DNA of 63,377 nt, counting the filler, from Piptocephalis cylindrospora (lineage: Eukaryota), in the NCBI GenBank assembly GCA_003614145.1. It is 18 parts of 18 records of this genome, joined end to end, with 100 filler letters (N's around TTAATTAATTAA, not from the genome) between each part and the next. Parts side by side here need not be neighbours in the genome. Positions count along the whole stretch, not along the records: positions 10,643 to 14,109 come from KZ988683.1; positions 14,210 to 17,672 come from KZ988684.1; positions 17,773 to 21,235 come from KZ988685.1; positions 21,336 to 24,788 come from KZ988686.1; positions 24,889 to 28,228 come from KZ988687.1; 13 more parts are not named here. One strand, given 5' to 3'. The position numbers and the translations under genes were made by a program. The notes under the pieces are model-generated. The model did no database searches. It was not told the origin of the DNA and worked only from the letters and a program-made list of their open reading frames with translations. How positions within the stretch are numbered: the first letter of the stretch is position 1; each line of letters starts with the position of its first letter. Of this stretch, positions 13,335-25,143 are shown one piece after another.

Positions 13335-13768
13335 TTAGGAACGGGGCTTCTCCTTCTTCTCCTTGTAAAGGGCAAGGAGGGAGACACCGGAGACCTTGAC
13401 GACCTTGAAACGGACACCGGGAATATCACCAATGGAGCGACCACGCTTACCGAAACCGGCGATCAGGACCTCGTCGTTCTCATCGACGTAGTTGAGACAA
13501 CCATCGTTGGGGACGAAGGCGGTGACCTTCTTGCCGTTCTTGATGAGCTGGACACGGACACACTTCCGGATAGCAGAGTTAGGCTGCTTGGCCTCAACAC
13601 CGATCTTCTCAAGAACGATGCCCTTGGCGTGAGAGGCACCCTGGAAGGGGGAGGACTTGTAGGCGGTACCGAGGGCACGCTTCTTGTACTGCTTATCGGC
13701 CCAGCGCTCCTCGCGACGGAGGGTGCGAAGCTTACGGGCGGCGTTGAGACCTCTTGGCTTTCCTTTAC
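13335..13768 (-). CDS. RPS23: 40S ribosomal protein S23 (uS12), main exon; the ATG mini-exon lies beyond the contig edge
   Basis: [14 protein letters not shown]...[41 protein letters not shown]...[13 protein letters not shown]...KEKKEKPRS*. Acceptor AG at 13769-13770. Confidence 0.97.
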
Positions 13769-14209
13769 CTGATGAAGGAGAGAAACGTGTGAGTAAAGGT
13801 TACGATGACTGAGGATGGTGATGATTTCCGTCTTCATGACTGGATCAGGCCCTGTTCCTACCACTCCACCACCAAGAATCGAGATGACCAGTGCGCCCCC
13901 ATCTACGGACACAAAGACATCTGCAGGAGCACGTCTGCTCGAGTCCAGTGGTGATCCTTCAGTACCTCACACTTCAGGGTAGGGGATGGAGAAGCGCCTG
14001 ATCCCCCATGCCCCTCATTCGCCTAGGGCCCATTCCATCCCAGCCTGGGACTCATCCCCCTTCAAGCCCATCCATCCATCCATCCATCCGGTCAGGTCCA
14101 TAAACAGATNNNNNNNNNNNNNNNNNNNNNNNNNNNNNNNNNNNNNNNNNNNNTTAATTAATTAANNNNNNNNNNNNNNNNNNNNNNNNNNNNNNNNNNN
14201 NNNNNNNNN

Positions 14210-17200
14210 CTTCCGATCCCTCCTATCTTCTCCTGCAACTTCCCCCATTTCTCCTCCCATTTCTCCATCGTTCCCCTTTCAATGGCCGTTCTCCTTTTGG
14301 CCCTCATCAGCGTTCGAAGCAACATCCGTAATTCATGCTTTAAGTCTGGTCTGAGTGCCGTCTCGGATGAACTTGACACAATCCGTAGAACTTCTCGATA
14401 AATACACCAAAATGTACATCCAATGACCAGGAGGCTAGGCTCAAAACCTAGTAATCCTGGAATATCATAAAGTGACAAGACCACTTCCTCCCATTCATCT
14501 CCTCTTTGCCCTTCCATCAAATGATGGTACGTATAGGACCAAAGAGCCTGGGAAGTCGGACATTCAAGGAATCGATGTCTTATGGTTTCCTCTACTTCAT
14601 CACATCTTGGACACATAGGAGATGTGCCACGGAAGGAAAGGGATTGAGCTGTCCATAGGGCACCTTGATGAAAGGTCCATAGCAATGATTGAATTTTTGG
14701 AGGTAGAACCGGATGGAAGATTCCCGACCAAATCCTTGATGATGGTGACAACGATGGTGCCATTTTTGATACCAGTATGGAAGGTCTCTTTGGATGATAC
14801 AATGCCTTGGCATCCACCGGTCCGTTAATCCTTGACCAGTCTCGATAATGAAGATATTGACCCATATCCCATATACAGGAAGGAGGTATTTCCCTTGGCA
14901 GAAGTAACAAAGCCTGGAAAATCCTTGGGTCCATCCTCCAGATTCCAGCGTCCATTCTTCCTCCAACCCGCCTTCGAAATGTCGTTGATGATAAATCCAA
15001 ATGACCTGGACCTCCAATGGGATACATCAGATCCCTGACCACCTGTACACCTCCTCTTCTCCAGGTCCTTCCATACGGTATTCTTGATCCTGAAGCTTGT
15101 CGGATAACAGACTCCAAAGGTACAGAAAGGATATGTTCCAATGGAATGGAAGATGGTAGAATAAACTTGGGTTGCCAGTCCATCCATATCTTCCACAATC
15201 CTCTCCAGAAAGGAGGTAACAATCTAGTCATGGGCAATGATGTACCCATCAATACATCATTAATTGTTCTTTTCCCCAAGGTCAGATGATGGGTAAGAAG
15301 ATCTCGTCCTAGGGGCTGCCAAATAGGTGGTTCTTGAGAATCCCAGACTCCCTTCCACCATTTCGACATGATCCGCTTGCACCTTCCTTCCATCTCCAAT
15401 ACCCCTAGACCTCCATCCATCTTGGATCTCATCACCTTGTCTGTTCCACACATATGTCTCCTCTTTCTCCATATAAAGTCCATCACCATCTTCCTTATTC
15501 GTTGAAAGAAGGATTGGGAGAATGGAGTTGAATGGGCCACGTACCATAATCTTGAAAGAGCAAAGACATTGACTATCAATGCCCTTCCTACCAGAGAAAG
15601 ATGTCTATCCATCCATTTTTCCAGTTGAATCTTGATTCCCAATTCAACTTTTCGTTCAGTCTTGGTGACATCAACACCTCTCGAGGAGAAGATGATTCCA
15701 AGATATCGAAAAGTATCATCCTCGGAAATGGGGATGAATGGAAAAGAAGTAGAAGAAGAAGAAAGATGGAGGACTTGAGACTTTTCCTGGTTGATCTTGC
15801 TGTTACTTGCCTTGCTATACTTATCAAGAGCTTCCATGACCAAAGTCTTATCTCCTTCACTACCATCCACTGCAAGGGTCACGTCATCAGCATAAGCCAA
15901 GGACTTTAGGACCCACGATCCAATCTTAAGACCTTGAAGTCGATTACGAAGGAAACACAGTAGGGGTTCCAGGGCTAGGTTGTACAAAAGAGGGGAGATG
16001 GGATCTCCTTGACGAAGGCCACGTTCGATCCAGACAGGTTCAGAAATGTGGCCACCATTGAAGATACGGGTTTTGAGGGGAGTGAGTAGAGCTTCTACAA
16101 AAGTTCCTACTACGCCTCCGATTCCAACATAACGCATGCAACGTCGAAGGTATCCCCAATGAACTCGATCATACGCCTTGGTTTGATCCAGGAAAAGGAT
16201 AGACCCTGTTGAAGGATGAACACCATTCATCTCCAATACATGGGCCAATGTAATGACATTCGAGTGGATAGATCGGCCATGGATGAACCCAGTTTGACTA
16301 GGATGAATAATCTTTGGAAGGATCATACCCAAACGTAATGTCATGACCTTTGAAATGATCTTGAAGTCCGAGTTTGTCAGAGAAATGGGACGCCAATTCC
16401 CCAGGTTCTCTCGATTTCCTTTCTTGAATATCATGATCATCAATCCTTCCTTGAAGGACAGAGGGAAACGGCCATGTCGTAGGATTTCATCAGTGAGGAG
16501 TCGACCTAGGAAGGGAAGAAGGATGTCCTGGAAACAAAGGTAGAATTCTCCTGGGAGACCATCGGGACCCGGGGCCTTCCATCGCTTGATTTTCTTCCAG
16601 GTATCCATCATTTCTTCTTCTGTTACCTCCTTCTCCAGGATTTGCCTTTCATCCACATTGACCATTTTATCCCAATGACTTAGGAGTTCGGTCTGTGCTT
16701 CCACTTCCACAGATTCCTCCTGGAATAGATTGGAGTAAAAGTTCCTACACGCCTCCAAAACCTCCTGGTCTCCACTCCATCTTCTACCCTCATCATCCAC
16801 CACATCCTTGATGGTATCTCGTCCTCTCCTTGCTGCCAAGGATTTAAAGAAGTACCTAGAAGGTCGTTCCCCTTGCTCCATCCATCTCTCCTGCCTTCTC
16901 CACATCTTTCTTTGCGCTTCGTCCATCTCCACATCCCTTAGTTGATCTTCCAGATAGATTCTTCTTCTTGACCATCCTTCCATATCAACCTGTCTTCCCC
17001 ATTCTTCGAATTCTTCATGCTTCTCCAAATCTTTCCTGAGCATATTCGCTTTCATCGCATGATTAAGTCTTGTACATCCATAGTAGTTGAGACTAATTTG
17101 ACGGAATCGAGCTTTAGCCATTTCCCAGAACTCCGAGAGGGGCTGAGCACCTGGCTTTGCATCGATCATTGCATCCCATTCACCTCTAATAATCCCTTGG

Positions 17201-17672
17201 TACATCTCCGATTGAAGAAGGAAGATTGGGAGTTGCCATCTTCCAGGGCCTTTGGGAGGTAGAGATGGAGGAGACCAAACCATCATGATCATACGATGAT
17301 CTGAAAAAGACATGAAGGATGAAACAGGGGTAGAGACATTGGACAAAAGATCAGGGGAGATCTCAAACCAATCCAGTCTTGACCCTGTAGAGATTCCTCT
17401 AACCGTGCTCCATCGGGTGATCATGGATTTCTCCGGATAACGGATCTTGAGGACATCAATCAATCCCAGATGTTCAGTGAACTGCTTGTGTCTTCTTCCA
17501 CGAACAGATCCACCACATTGATCAGGAGGAGACCGATCAATATCAGGATCGATGATGGCATTAAAATCTCCACACATAATCATATGTGAAGTTTTCGGAA
17601 TAGAGGACAAGATGGTTTCCTGAAGGGACGCTCCTCCATCCGGAGGTACATACACAGAGAAGACTCTCAATG
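14210..17672 (-). mobile_element. Non-LTR retrotransposon (L1/Tx1-type) ORF2: APE endonuclease + reverse transcriptase + C-terminal zinc finger; both ends truncated
   Basis: An uninterrupted >1100-aa ORF fills the contig. GDFN...SRLD...SDH (APE); KAPGPDG, WRPISL, QTGF, KAYDRV, GLRQGDPISP, YADD, YLG (RT); CPRC...ETIRHRFLEC (zf-RVT-like). Confidence 0.96.
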
Positions 17673-17772
17673 NNNNNNNNNNNNNNNNNNNNNNNNNNNN
17701 NNNNNNNNNNNNNNNNTTAATTAATTAANNNNNNNNNNNNNNNNNNNNNNNNNNNNNNNNNNNNNNNNNNNN

Positions 17773-18578
17773 GAAGGCATCTTGGCTGTTTGGGTATGGA
17801 CACGACTGAGGACATTGCGGGCCAGTTGCATGTGTGCATCCTCCAGGGAACGCAGAGCCTTTTCCCTACGAGCCAGCTTACGAACAAGCTTGGCTGGGTA
17901 CCGCAAGATCACGGCATCTTCGACCTCCCCAACACCCAAGGAGGAAAAGTGCTGATTCAGCGCCTCATCCGATCGTAGATTCCGGGGGAGGCGAGATATC
18001 ATAATAGTCCTGGAGGCCCGAGAGCCTCGCTCGACTTGTCGAAGACCAAATTCTCGGTGCAATTCAATATATCGGAGGGAATCGCGGTAGAAGACAAAGA
18101 GGACGAGGAAGGAAAAGACGTAGGTAAGGAAGCCATGGACATACAATTCCTTAGAGCCATCGGGAATGGTATTGATGGAAAAGAGATCAACATCGAGTCC
18201 TGAGGCTTCAGGAGCCTTCCGAGTATAATTCAGCGGGAGAAGGGTGGCGGCAATGGGAACCGAGGCGATGGCGAGAAGGAGAGCTGAGGTCTTGAGGAAA
18301 CGAAGATGCATGACAGCCTCGAGCCCAGCATGCGATACCATGAACTCTTCAGTCAGAGCCAGGGTGGCAGGAATCCAGGAGAGAAATCTTCCAGAGACGG
18401 CCGGTGTAGCATTACGGGATAGCCGGCACCTTGGGGAGTAGAGGTGGGCAAAATAGCGGGTACGGCGCAGTACCTCAAAGCCAATGATACATGCTGCAGT
18501 GATGCCCCCAGAGAGCCCGACTTGGGTGGCCAATCCGACAAAGGATGGGGAAAACGAACGGTCGGTGATGGTGGCCAT
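17773..18578 (-). CDS. CSC1/OSCA/TMEM63 (Rsn1/Phm7-like) channel, N-terminal part
   Basis: FEVLRR...LYSPR...FLSWIP...AGLEAVMHLRFLK...LLPLNY...FSINTI...SRTIMISRLP; truncated by the linker. Confidence 0.9.
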
Positions 18579-19925
18579 TCGGAGGTTGGAGTGGAGGAGA
18601 CGGGGGGGAAGATATTGAAAAGGTCAGAATGGAATGCGGAAGATTCCCGGTGAGACAGATGCTTCTAACAAGGAGGAAAGGTAGGAGAAGGGCGAAATGA
18701 GGATGATGGAGGCTAATATGGATGGCAAGAAGGGTGACAGACTGGATATGGACTACACGAGGAGGACGAGGGTTGGAGGGTCGAGGGATCAAGATGCGTT
18801 GGGACAAGCCAAGACCACAGGAATGTCGAGTGTGTAGGATAGAAGGGCCTAACACGCAAGATTTCGGATAAGCGTTGTGGCTGACAACAACGTGAGGATA
18901 GGTAGCCCGTAGCTAAAGTTCCTTACTCGCAGAGACGGAGCGATGATGGAAGGGAAGGGCGTGTGGGGGAGGAGGAGGGAGGGGAGGGAGGGTGGCCGGG
19001 GCCAGAGAGAAGGGAAGGAAGGATGAGAGAATGAAAGGATGGAGGGACGGGAGGATAAGGAGGGAGAGAGGAAGAAAAGAGAAGGGATGAGAAGAACTGA
19101 TTAGGGGAAAGAAGGTGCAGGCTAGGCTAAATCCGAGTGTTTGGATAAAGATTATAAGGATGGCTCGCACAGTAGGGCGGCGGGATTCTGGGTCAGGCCT
19201 TAAGGGCGGCACCATAAGGGGAGGGGCTTCAGGGTCAAAGAAGTCGGGGTTTGTGGACGATGAGCATGAGTGGGGGATGGGGACGGGGGGGATGAGGGGG
19301 AGTTGAGGCTGCTGTGCGGGCTTGGGAAGAGCAGCGCTGATGTGTGGGGATAAAATGACTAGCAGGATTTTGCCTACTTCCCCAATCTTGTTGGTTGGTA
19401 GTCCACAGGTGCGGTGACGATATAGGGTAAGCTAAATAAAGCAGTGAGGAGTGAGTAATAATTAGGTCGATCTACACTGTTTAAAAGATGATGATGAAAG
19501 AGCACAATAGATTCAAGGGGAAATATAGTGAGGGGAGAGGGGGATGATAGAAGTATTTGAAGGGGACGATGGAGGTTTTTGGTGGAATATTCAGGGGAGA
19601 TGATAAAAAAAAAGCTGTATAGGAATTGAGAAGCTACAATGCAGTGAGATTCAAGGGACGAGAGCCACTTAACACTCTTAAGGATCAACGATAATAAATG
19701 AACATGTCAAATGTGATGTTAGCACCATATACGGTATATTCTACCTTTTCTGATCAATAAAAGATGACCAAGTAAGAAATCACTGGATGTCCGCCTAAAT
19801 AAAGACACACACACACTTCCCAGAAAAGTAATGTCTCAGTCTCAAGCCTAGGAGTGTAATGACGTCTCCCGAAAAATTATCGTGAAATGTGGGTCAGGCC
19901 CTCATTAATTTCTCCATCCCTTATG

Positions 19926-20031
19926 CAAGGATCCAAATAATATGTCTGGCTGCCTTCACCGCCTGGTGTGCTGTTTTGTTCGTCAAAATGGGTCAAATAA
20001 AAAGGTTTTTCAAGTCAAGGATCCAGATAAT
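19926..20031 (+). mobile_element. Short 5'-truncated retroposed element, copy 1, with target-site duplication
   Basis: Direct repeats caaggatccaaataat (19926-19941) and caaggatccagataat (20016-20031) flank 74 bp. Positions 19962-20019 match 48552-48609 at 55/58 nt. Confidence 0.7.
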
Positions 20032-21005
20032 CTGAATATACACTCAAATCCCCCAATACATCTGATAGCTATGCTCGCTTCATCAATCCATTCCAAGAGA
20101 CCCCCAGCGCAATGAACATCCAACACTATGATATTCAATCTCCGATCTTAGCTCCGACACCACTCCTGCATCCAGGTAAGGGAAAATTGACCATGCCTAC
20201 CAATCCCTGCCGTTTCCCCGCCCCACATCTTAAGGCTCTTCCCAGCTCCAAAGAACGCTTATTGCCTTGTCTTCGGTGAGCCCAGCCGCTGGAGGGAAAC
20301 TCCGACCAGCGAGATCTCTCCGCCTCACTGGTGTCGTCCGTACACCCATGGGGCTTCTTCTACTGCCCACCCCTTCCTCGTATATAGAGCAAGGGCTTGA
20401 TATTATCTTCCCCATCTATCCCTTGGTCCTTCCTCTTTATCTTTCCTTTCTTCCATCCTTCCCTCCCTCTTCTTTTCAATCTTGACGTGAACATTTCTTC
20501 CACCCTCCTTGGAACGTCTCCTTTCCTCCTCCCTCCCTCTCCTCCTTTTCTTTTCCTTCACTCCGTCTAACGTCCTCTTTGCCCTCTCTTCCCCTCCTTC
20601 TCTATCCAACCTGTTCGAGTCAAATTCCTCCTTTCCCTCGTTCACGACACCACCCTTTTTGATCTGCCCAGCCCTAACAACAACAGCACCACCCCCACTC
20701 CTCGTCCCAGTCCGTTCGTTCAGCTCTGCAGATCCCGGTAAGTGGACAAATTGCTATTGAGGGGATTCCCAGCAGCGGGCTTGACTCATCTTCCCTTCCT
20801 CTAGACTCTTAGCCTCACCTTACTCAGGTATCACGCCCTCTCCCCTTTTTCGCGTCCCTCTACCACCAACACCACCTGTCAACATCCCTCCCTTTGATCT
20901 TCGAGAGATTGGCGCATTCTACCCTCCGCCACTTCTCTTCACCCCTTACTAGCTTGCTGTGACCGCTTAACATTCCACCATTTCCTCCCAGTGCCCTCTA
21001 GAGCC

Positions 21006-21235
21006 ATGCAACAGCCAAAATCTCATACAATCGCAGCCCTTCTCCTTGTCCTTTACACACTCCTGGTCCTCAATCATGCTGAAGCCTTCAATACCGTTCG
21101 ATTACTCTGCCTGGTCAATAAAGCGAGGGCCCCCTTTCATCGGAACTTTCTTGGGCTTGACGCTCGATCGGATCGTGCTGCCAAAGTCCAATCCACTGAT
21201 CAGGCTAGTCGAGTGATCGCCGGGAAACCCAAGGG
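21006..21235 (+). CDS. Secreted CAP/SCP-like protein, N-terminal fragment
   Basis: Signal peptide (IAALLLVLYTLLVLNHAEA) followed by LLCLVNKAR...LGLDARSDRAAKVQSTDQA, resembling the start of a CAP domain; cut by the linker. Confidence 0.6.
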
Positions 21236-21335
21236 NNNNNNNNNNNNNNNNNNNNNNNNNNNNNNNNNNNNNNNNNNNNTTAATTAATTAANNNNNNNNN
21301 NNNNNNNNNNNNNNNNNNNNNNNNNNNNNNNNNNN

Positions 21336-24046
21336 CTCAAAATTCCTTGAACTTCGAATCCCAATTCCGGAACCAGGGGAACCCATACGACCAAATCGAT
21401 CACGTAGCAGGGCTCCTCCATCCTCCCTGGACCTTGGAGAGGAGCTGGGGATACCCGAGTGAGATGGTCTAGAAATATCCTGGGCCATGGACGAGGAGGA
21501 AGGGTTGATGAGAAGAAGGGCGGGAAGGTCGATGAAACGAGCACTCCAGGGTGGAGGAATGGCCGAGGGAGCAATGAAGCCTTGGCCCACTAACCAGGAC
21601 CCAGTCCAGGCAGGTGGCAATCCCTGAGCGCTGGAAAGGTAGGGGGCAGGAGGAAGAGGGGTAGGATCCTGTTCTTCCTTGACTTCCTCCTCCTCCTTCA
21701 ATAAACCGGATGACACTCTGACCCATCCCTCGACATTACACACTTGCCCGGCTAGACGAATCCATCCAATTATCAAAGAAGCCGCTTTGGCCCCTTTGCC
21801 CTCGAGATCAGAAGAAAGAAGATGATGGATCCAGGGGAAGCCCTCGACCAGGCCTTCTTCGCGGAAACGGAGGAGGAAGGAGGCCAGGATCCTCCAAATT
21901 GTCTTGTATTCGACTTCACTCATGCTCTCAGCATCCTTGGCAAGAAGTTTGGTGAGCCGAGCATATATCCTGGATCGGAAGGGAATATCCCGTGATCCCA
22001 AATCAGGCTCTCCTTGACCCTGAAGTCCTTTGATGACACCTGAGGCATTAGTCGAGGAGGATGTGATGGCCTCTGGGGGTTCCCCAGTTTTAGGGGCCAC
22101 TAGAGTATCAATAAGAGCCAGGGCCCCAAGGCGAAGCGGGGTTGACACTAAGGGATCTAGCAGAGGGATGGCCGTATCCTCCATCACTCTAGCTCCGACA
22201 CCATCCCGACGGCGTTGTAAGATATCCTGGGCCATGGAGAGAATGGAGAGAGTATCCTTCTCGAGCGCTTCACTCCCAGAGAGACCTTCATGAGTATGGA
22301 GGACTCCACTCAGAAGCCGAGAGAGGACCTCGGCACCCTGGGCCGTATAGGTCCGTTGGGTACCCAGAAGCAATAGGCAAACCTTGGCCTCCTGAGCACA
22401 AGCAAGTTCGCCTTGGGTGGATAAGGAAGAGGGAGAGGAGACCCAGGGCCTTAGTGTATCAGTCAGCTCGAGAACCGAGACGCCAGCGTAGGAGTACCCA
22501 CGTTGTAAGAGGTAGCATAGAGAGGAGAGGAGAGTGAGGGGGGGATTGGTTGTGGATTCAGCGCGCTTTTCCCCTTCTCCTTCTCCTTCCTTGGATTCAA
22601 GGGCAGAGGAGCCAGAGGAAGTGGAAGAGGAAAAAGCAGGGGGGGAGGCGGCCTTGATTTGCGAGATAATCTCACTCACAACAATGAACCGGTTGGCTGG
22701 ACGAGTGGATCTCAGCATGAGGGCCAAGAGCCTGGAACAGGTGGAAGAGGAAGAGACCTGATGATCACCCTCCTCCGTCCCCCCCTCCTTCCTGACCTCA
22801 TCCATGGACCGAAAGGCATTAAGGACAGTGACTTTGACCCCCACCGTGGAAGATTCAGTGAGAATCCGGGAAAAGGTACGGGCGGTAAGGACGCTGAGAT
22901 ATTCGATCGCGTGAGGAAGGGTTAAGACGCAATGAGGATCCTGAAGCAGGGGGCAGTCTGGATCTAGCTTGCCCGATGAGAGAGACCTTTCCTTTTCCTC
23001 GATGGGCTCCTCCTCATCCTCGGGATGAGAATGCTCAGTGGCTGTGGGGGCGGAAGAAGGAGTGGTGGAGGAGGGGGCGGTGACATCGACAGAGGGAATT
23101 GGGAGAAAGTTGAACTCAAGGGGAATAGTAGTGATTAAAGCGGCATCCTTCTCCTCTTGACCCTCCTGTCCCTCAAGAAGCTGGGCAGGGAGAATATTGG
23201 ATAGGAGGGCAGGGATGCCCCGACGAAGAAGAGGTCTGGAATCGGGGGCGGAGAGGGAGGCTAAAGTGGCAGAGACCATGGCCTTGACTCCACATACCCG
23301 AAGGGTAATCTCCGGCTCCTGATTCTCCACCGGGGCCTTCAAGGGTAATCGTAAAGGAATCTTGGCGTAGGTGGCATACTGGTCGAGCAGCTGAATGAAG
23401 GTAGAGTTGAGCTGATGATCAAGGGCCAGAGCAGCATGAGCATCTGGGCATTGGCAAAAGCGGATAAACTAGATAGGTGGAGAGAAATGGAAAAAAGTGA
23501 GGATTGTGAATGTGGTTTTACCACACAGCGGAAAGGCCATGCTGCACACAGGCATACGCACAGTTTGAGTTGTTGTTCGAGTCAAGGAGGGCTGCTTAGG
23601 GATAGCAAGGGCCTGGGAGAGGATGGAGAGGATATTTCCGGAGAAAAGGCTGACGTCCTTGTGGCACTCCCGAATCAGGGTATCGAGGATCTTTAGGGTC
23701 ACCTCCACATGTCTACCATCATTTCCAAGGGGGGAGGGAAGGAGGTGAGATGATAAAGCGAGGATCGATGTGCCATATTTCTCTTTGCTCTCTCCTCACA
23801 GGACAAAACCTACTCAAAGTGCAGATGGTAGAGGTCGCTTCGACTCTGTTTTTCCAGAAAGGCTCCGACCTTAACGAGCTTCTCGGGCCTGGAGGTGGCG
23901 TAGAAGACCAGGTAGGCCAAGTCACTGGACTTGGGACCCTTTTCCTCCGGCAGGGTCGGATAGCACTTTTTGATGAGTTGAGCGTGCTTGGAGAAGGCCG
24001 AGGAAGAGGACATGGGGAGATGGATCGGGGTACAGCCACAGACCAT
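21336..24046 (-). CDS. EFR3: EFR3 plasma-membrane PI4K adaptor (3'-truncated), 3 exons
   Basis: N-terminal Cys cluster (MVCGC), KHAQLIKKCYP...KSSDLAYLVFYATSRPEKLVKVGAFLEK, VTLKILDTLIRECHKDVSLFS. Confidence 0.88.
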
Positions 24047-24285
24047 GTACTACTAAGTGGGTTGAAGATGGGGTAGGTGAGGGGAGGGGAAGAGAAGAAG
24101 GAATAGTGGTACTGAAGGGAGATGAGCGAATGTATGGGTAAGATGAGGAGGTGAAGGAAAGGTAGTCCTGTGATGGAAAGAAACAGTGTCAAAAGGAGGG
24201 GGGGAGAAAGGTAATTTAAGCAAGGAGATCAGTCATTTTCCCAGAAGCAGATCAATACAAGTGAGGCTAGCTCCCTCCTCCCCCC

Positions 24286-24788
24286 CTCTCTTCCAGGAGA
24301 GTAGATAGGCAAGATTGTCCAAGTTTTGGGAATGATGATAATCCAAGGTACTGATAATCATCTCCTCCTGGCCAGACACATCTCCCATATATCATTCTCA
24401 TCAGTCAGACACATGTCTGTCTGATTGATTTAGAGGGAGAAACATGCCCAAGATGCGATGTGATTGTCTTTGTCTCTGTCTCAAGGGAGGCTCTGACATG
24501 AATGACCCTGCATTTGACAAGTGCATATGAAGAGAAAGGTTGCTCTGTGAGTGGTGGCGAAAGCTACTCCTCATCTCCCCCCTATCCTCACCTCAATATC
24601 TCAAATTCACCAAGACAGAAGCACACACGATGGTGATACATCCGCTCGGTGTGTTACTGACTTAACACACACCCACGCCTCCTCCATCTCCACTTGCCTG
24701 GTTGACTGACTGCAGAGAGAGTGACCCGAAACCCCCACACATTCCCAAAACTTGGACAATCTTGCCTATCTACTCTCCTGGAAGAGAG
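24286..24788. repeat. 49-bp perfect inverted repeat (24286-24334 vs 24740-24788), second arm running to the contig end
   Basis: ctctcttccaggagagtagataggcaagattgtccaagttttgggaatg is the exact reverse complement of the last 49 nt of the contig. Confidence 0.9.
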
Positions 24789-25143
24789 NNNNNNNNNNNN
24801 NNNNNNNNNNNNNNNNNNNNNNNNNNNNNNNNTTAATTAATTAANNNNNNNNNNNNNNNNNNNNNNNNNNNNNNNNNNNNNNNNNNNNATGTGTGTTGAC
24901 CTCTGCTGAAGACCCGCTTGTCAGATCCGTACCTCACTTGCTACAAACCTTCCCCTCTCCCCTTTTTAAACCCCCGACTTGGCCCAATCCTCCCAGCCTC
25001 CTTGTTTCCTTCCTATCCTTCTCCATTCCACATCCAGGTGAAGCACATCCGCAAAGCCATCCAACTTTCCTTCCCCGGCCCTTTTCTCCGCCGATCTCGT
25101 CTCCCCGACACATACCCAACTCTTCTTCCCAAGCAGGCCTCAT

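Noticed and set aside
13308..13772. 154-aa plus-strand ORF and many other long overlapping ORFs (e.g. 3982-4581, 9231-9749, 53459-54034)
   Set aside because: They are antisense or alternate-frame shadows of well-identified genes, caused by codon bias.
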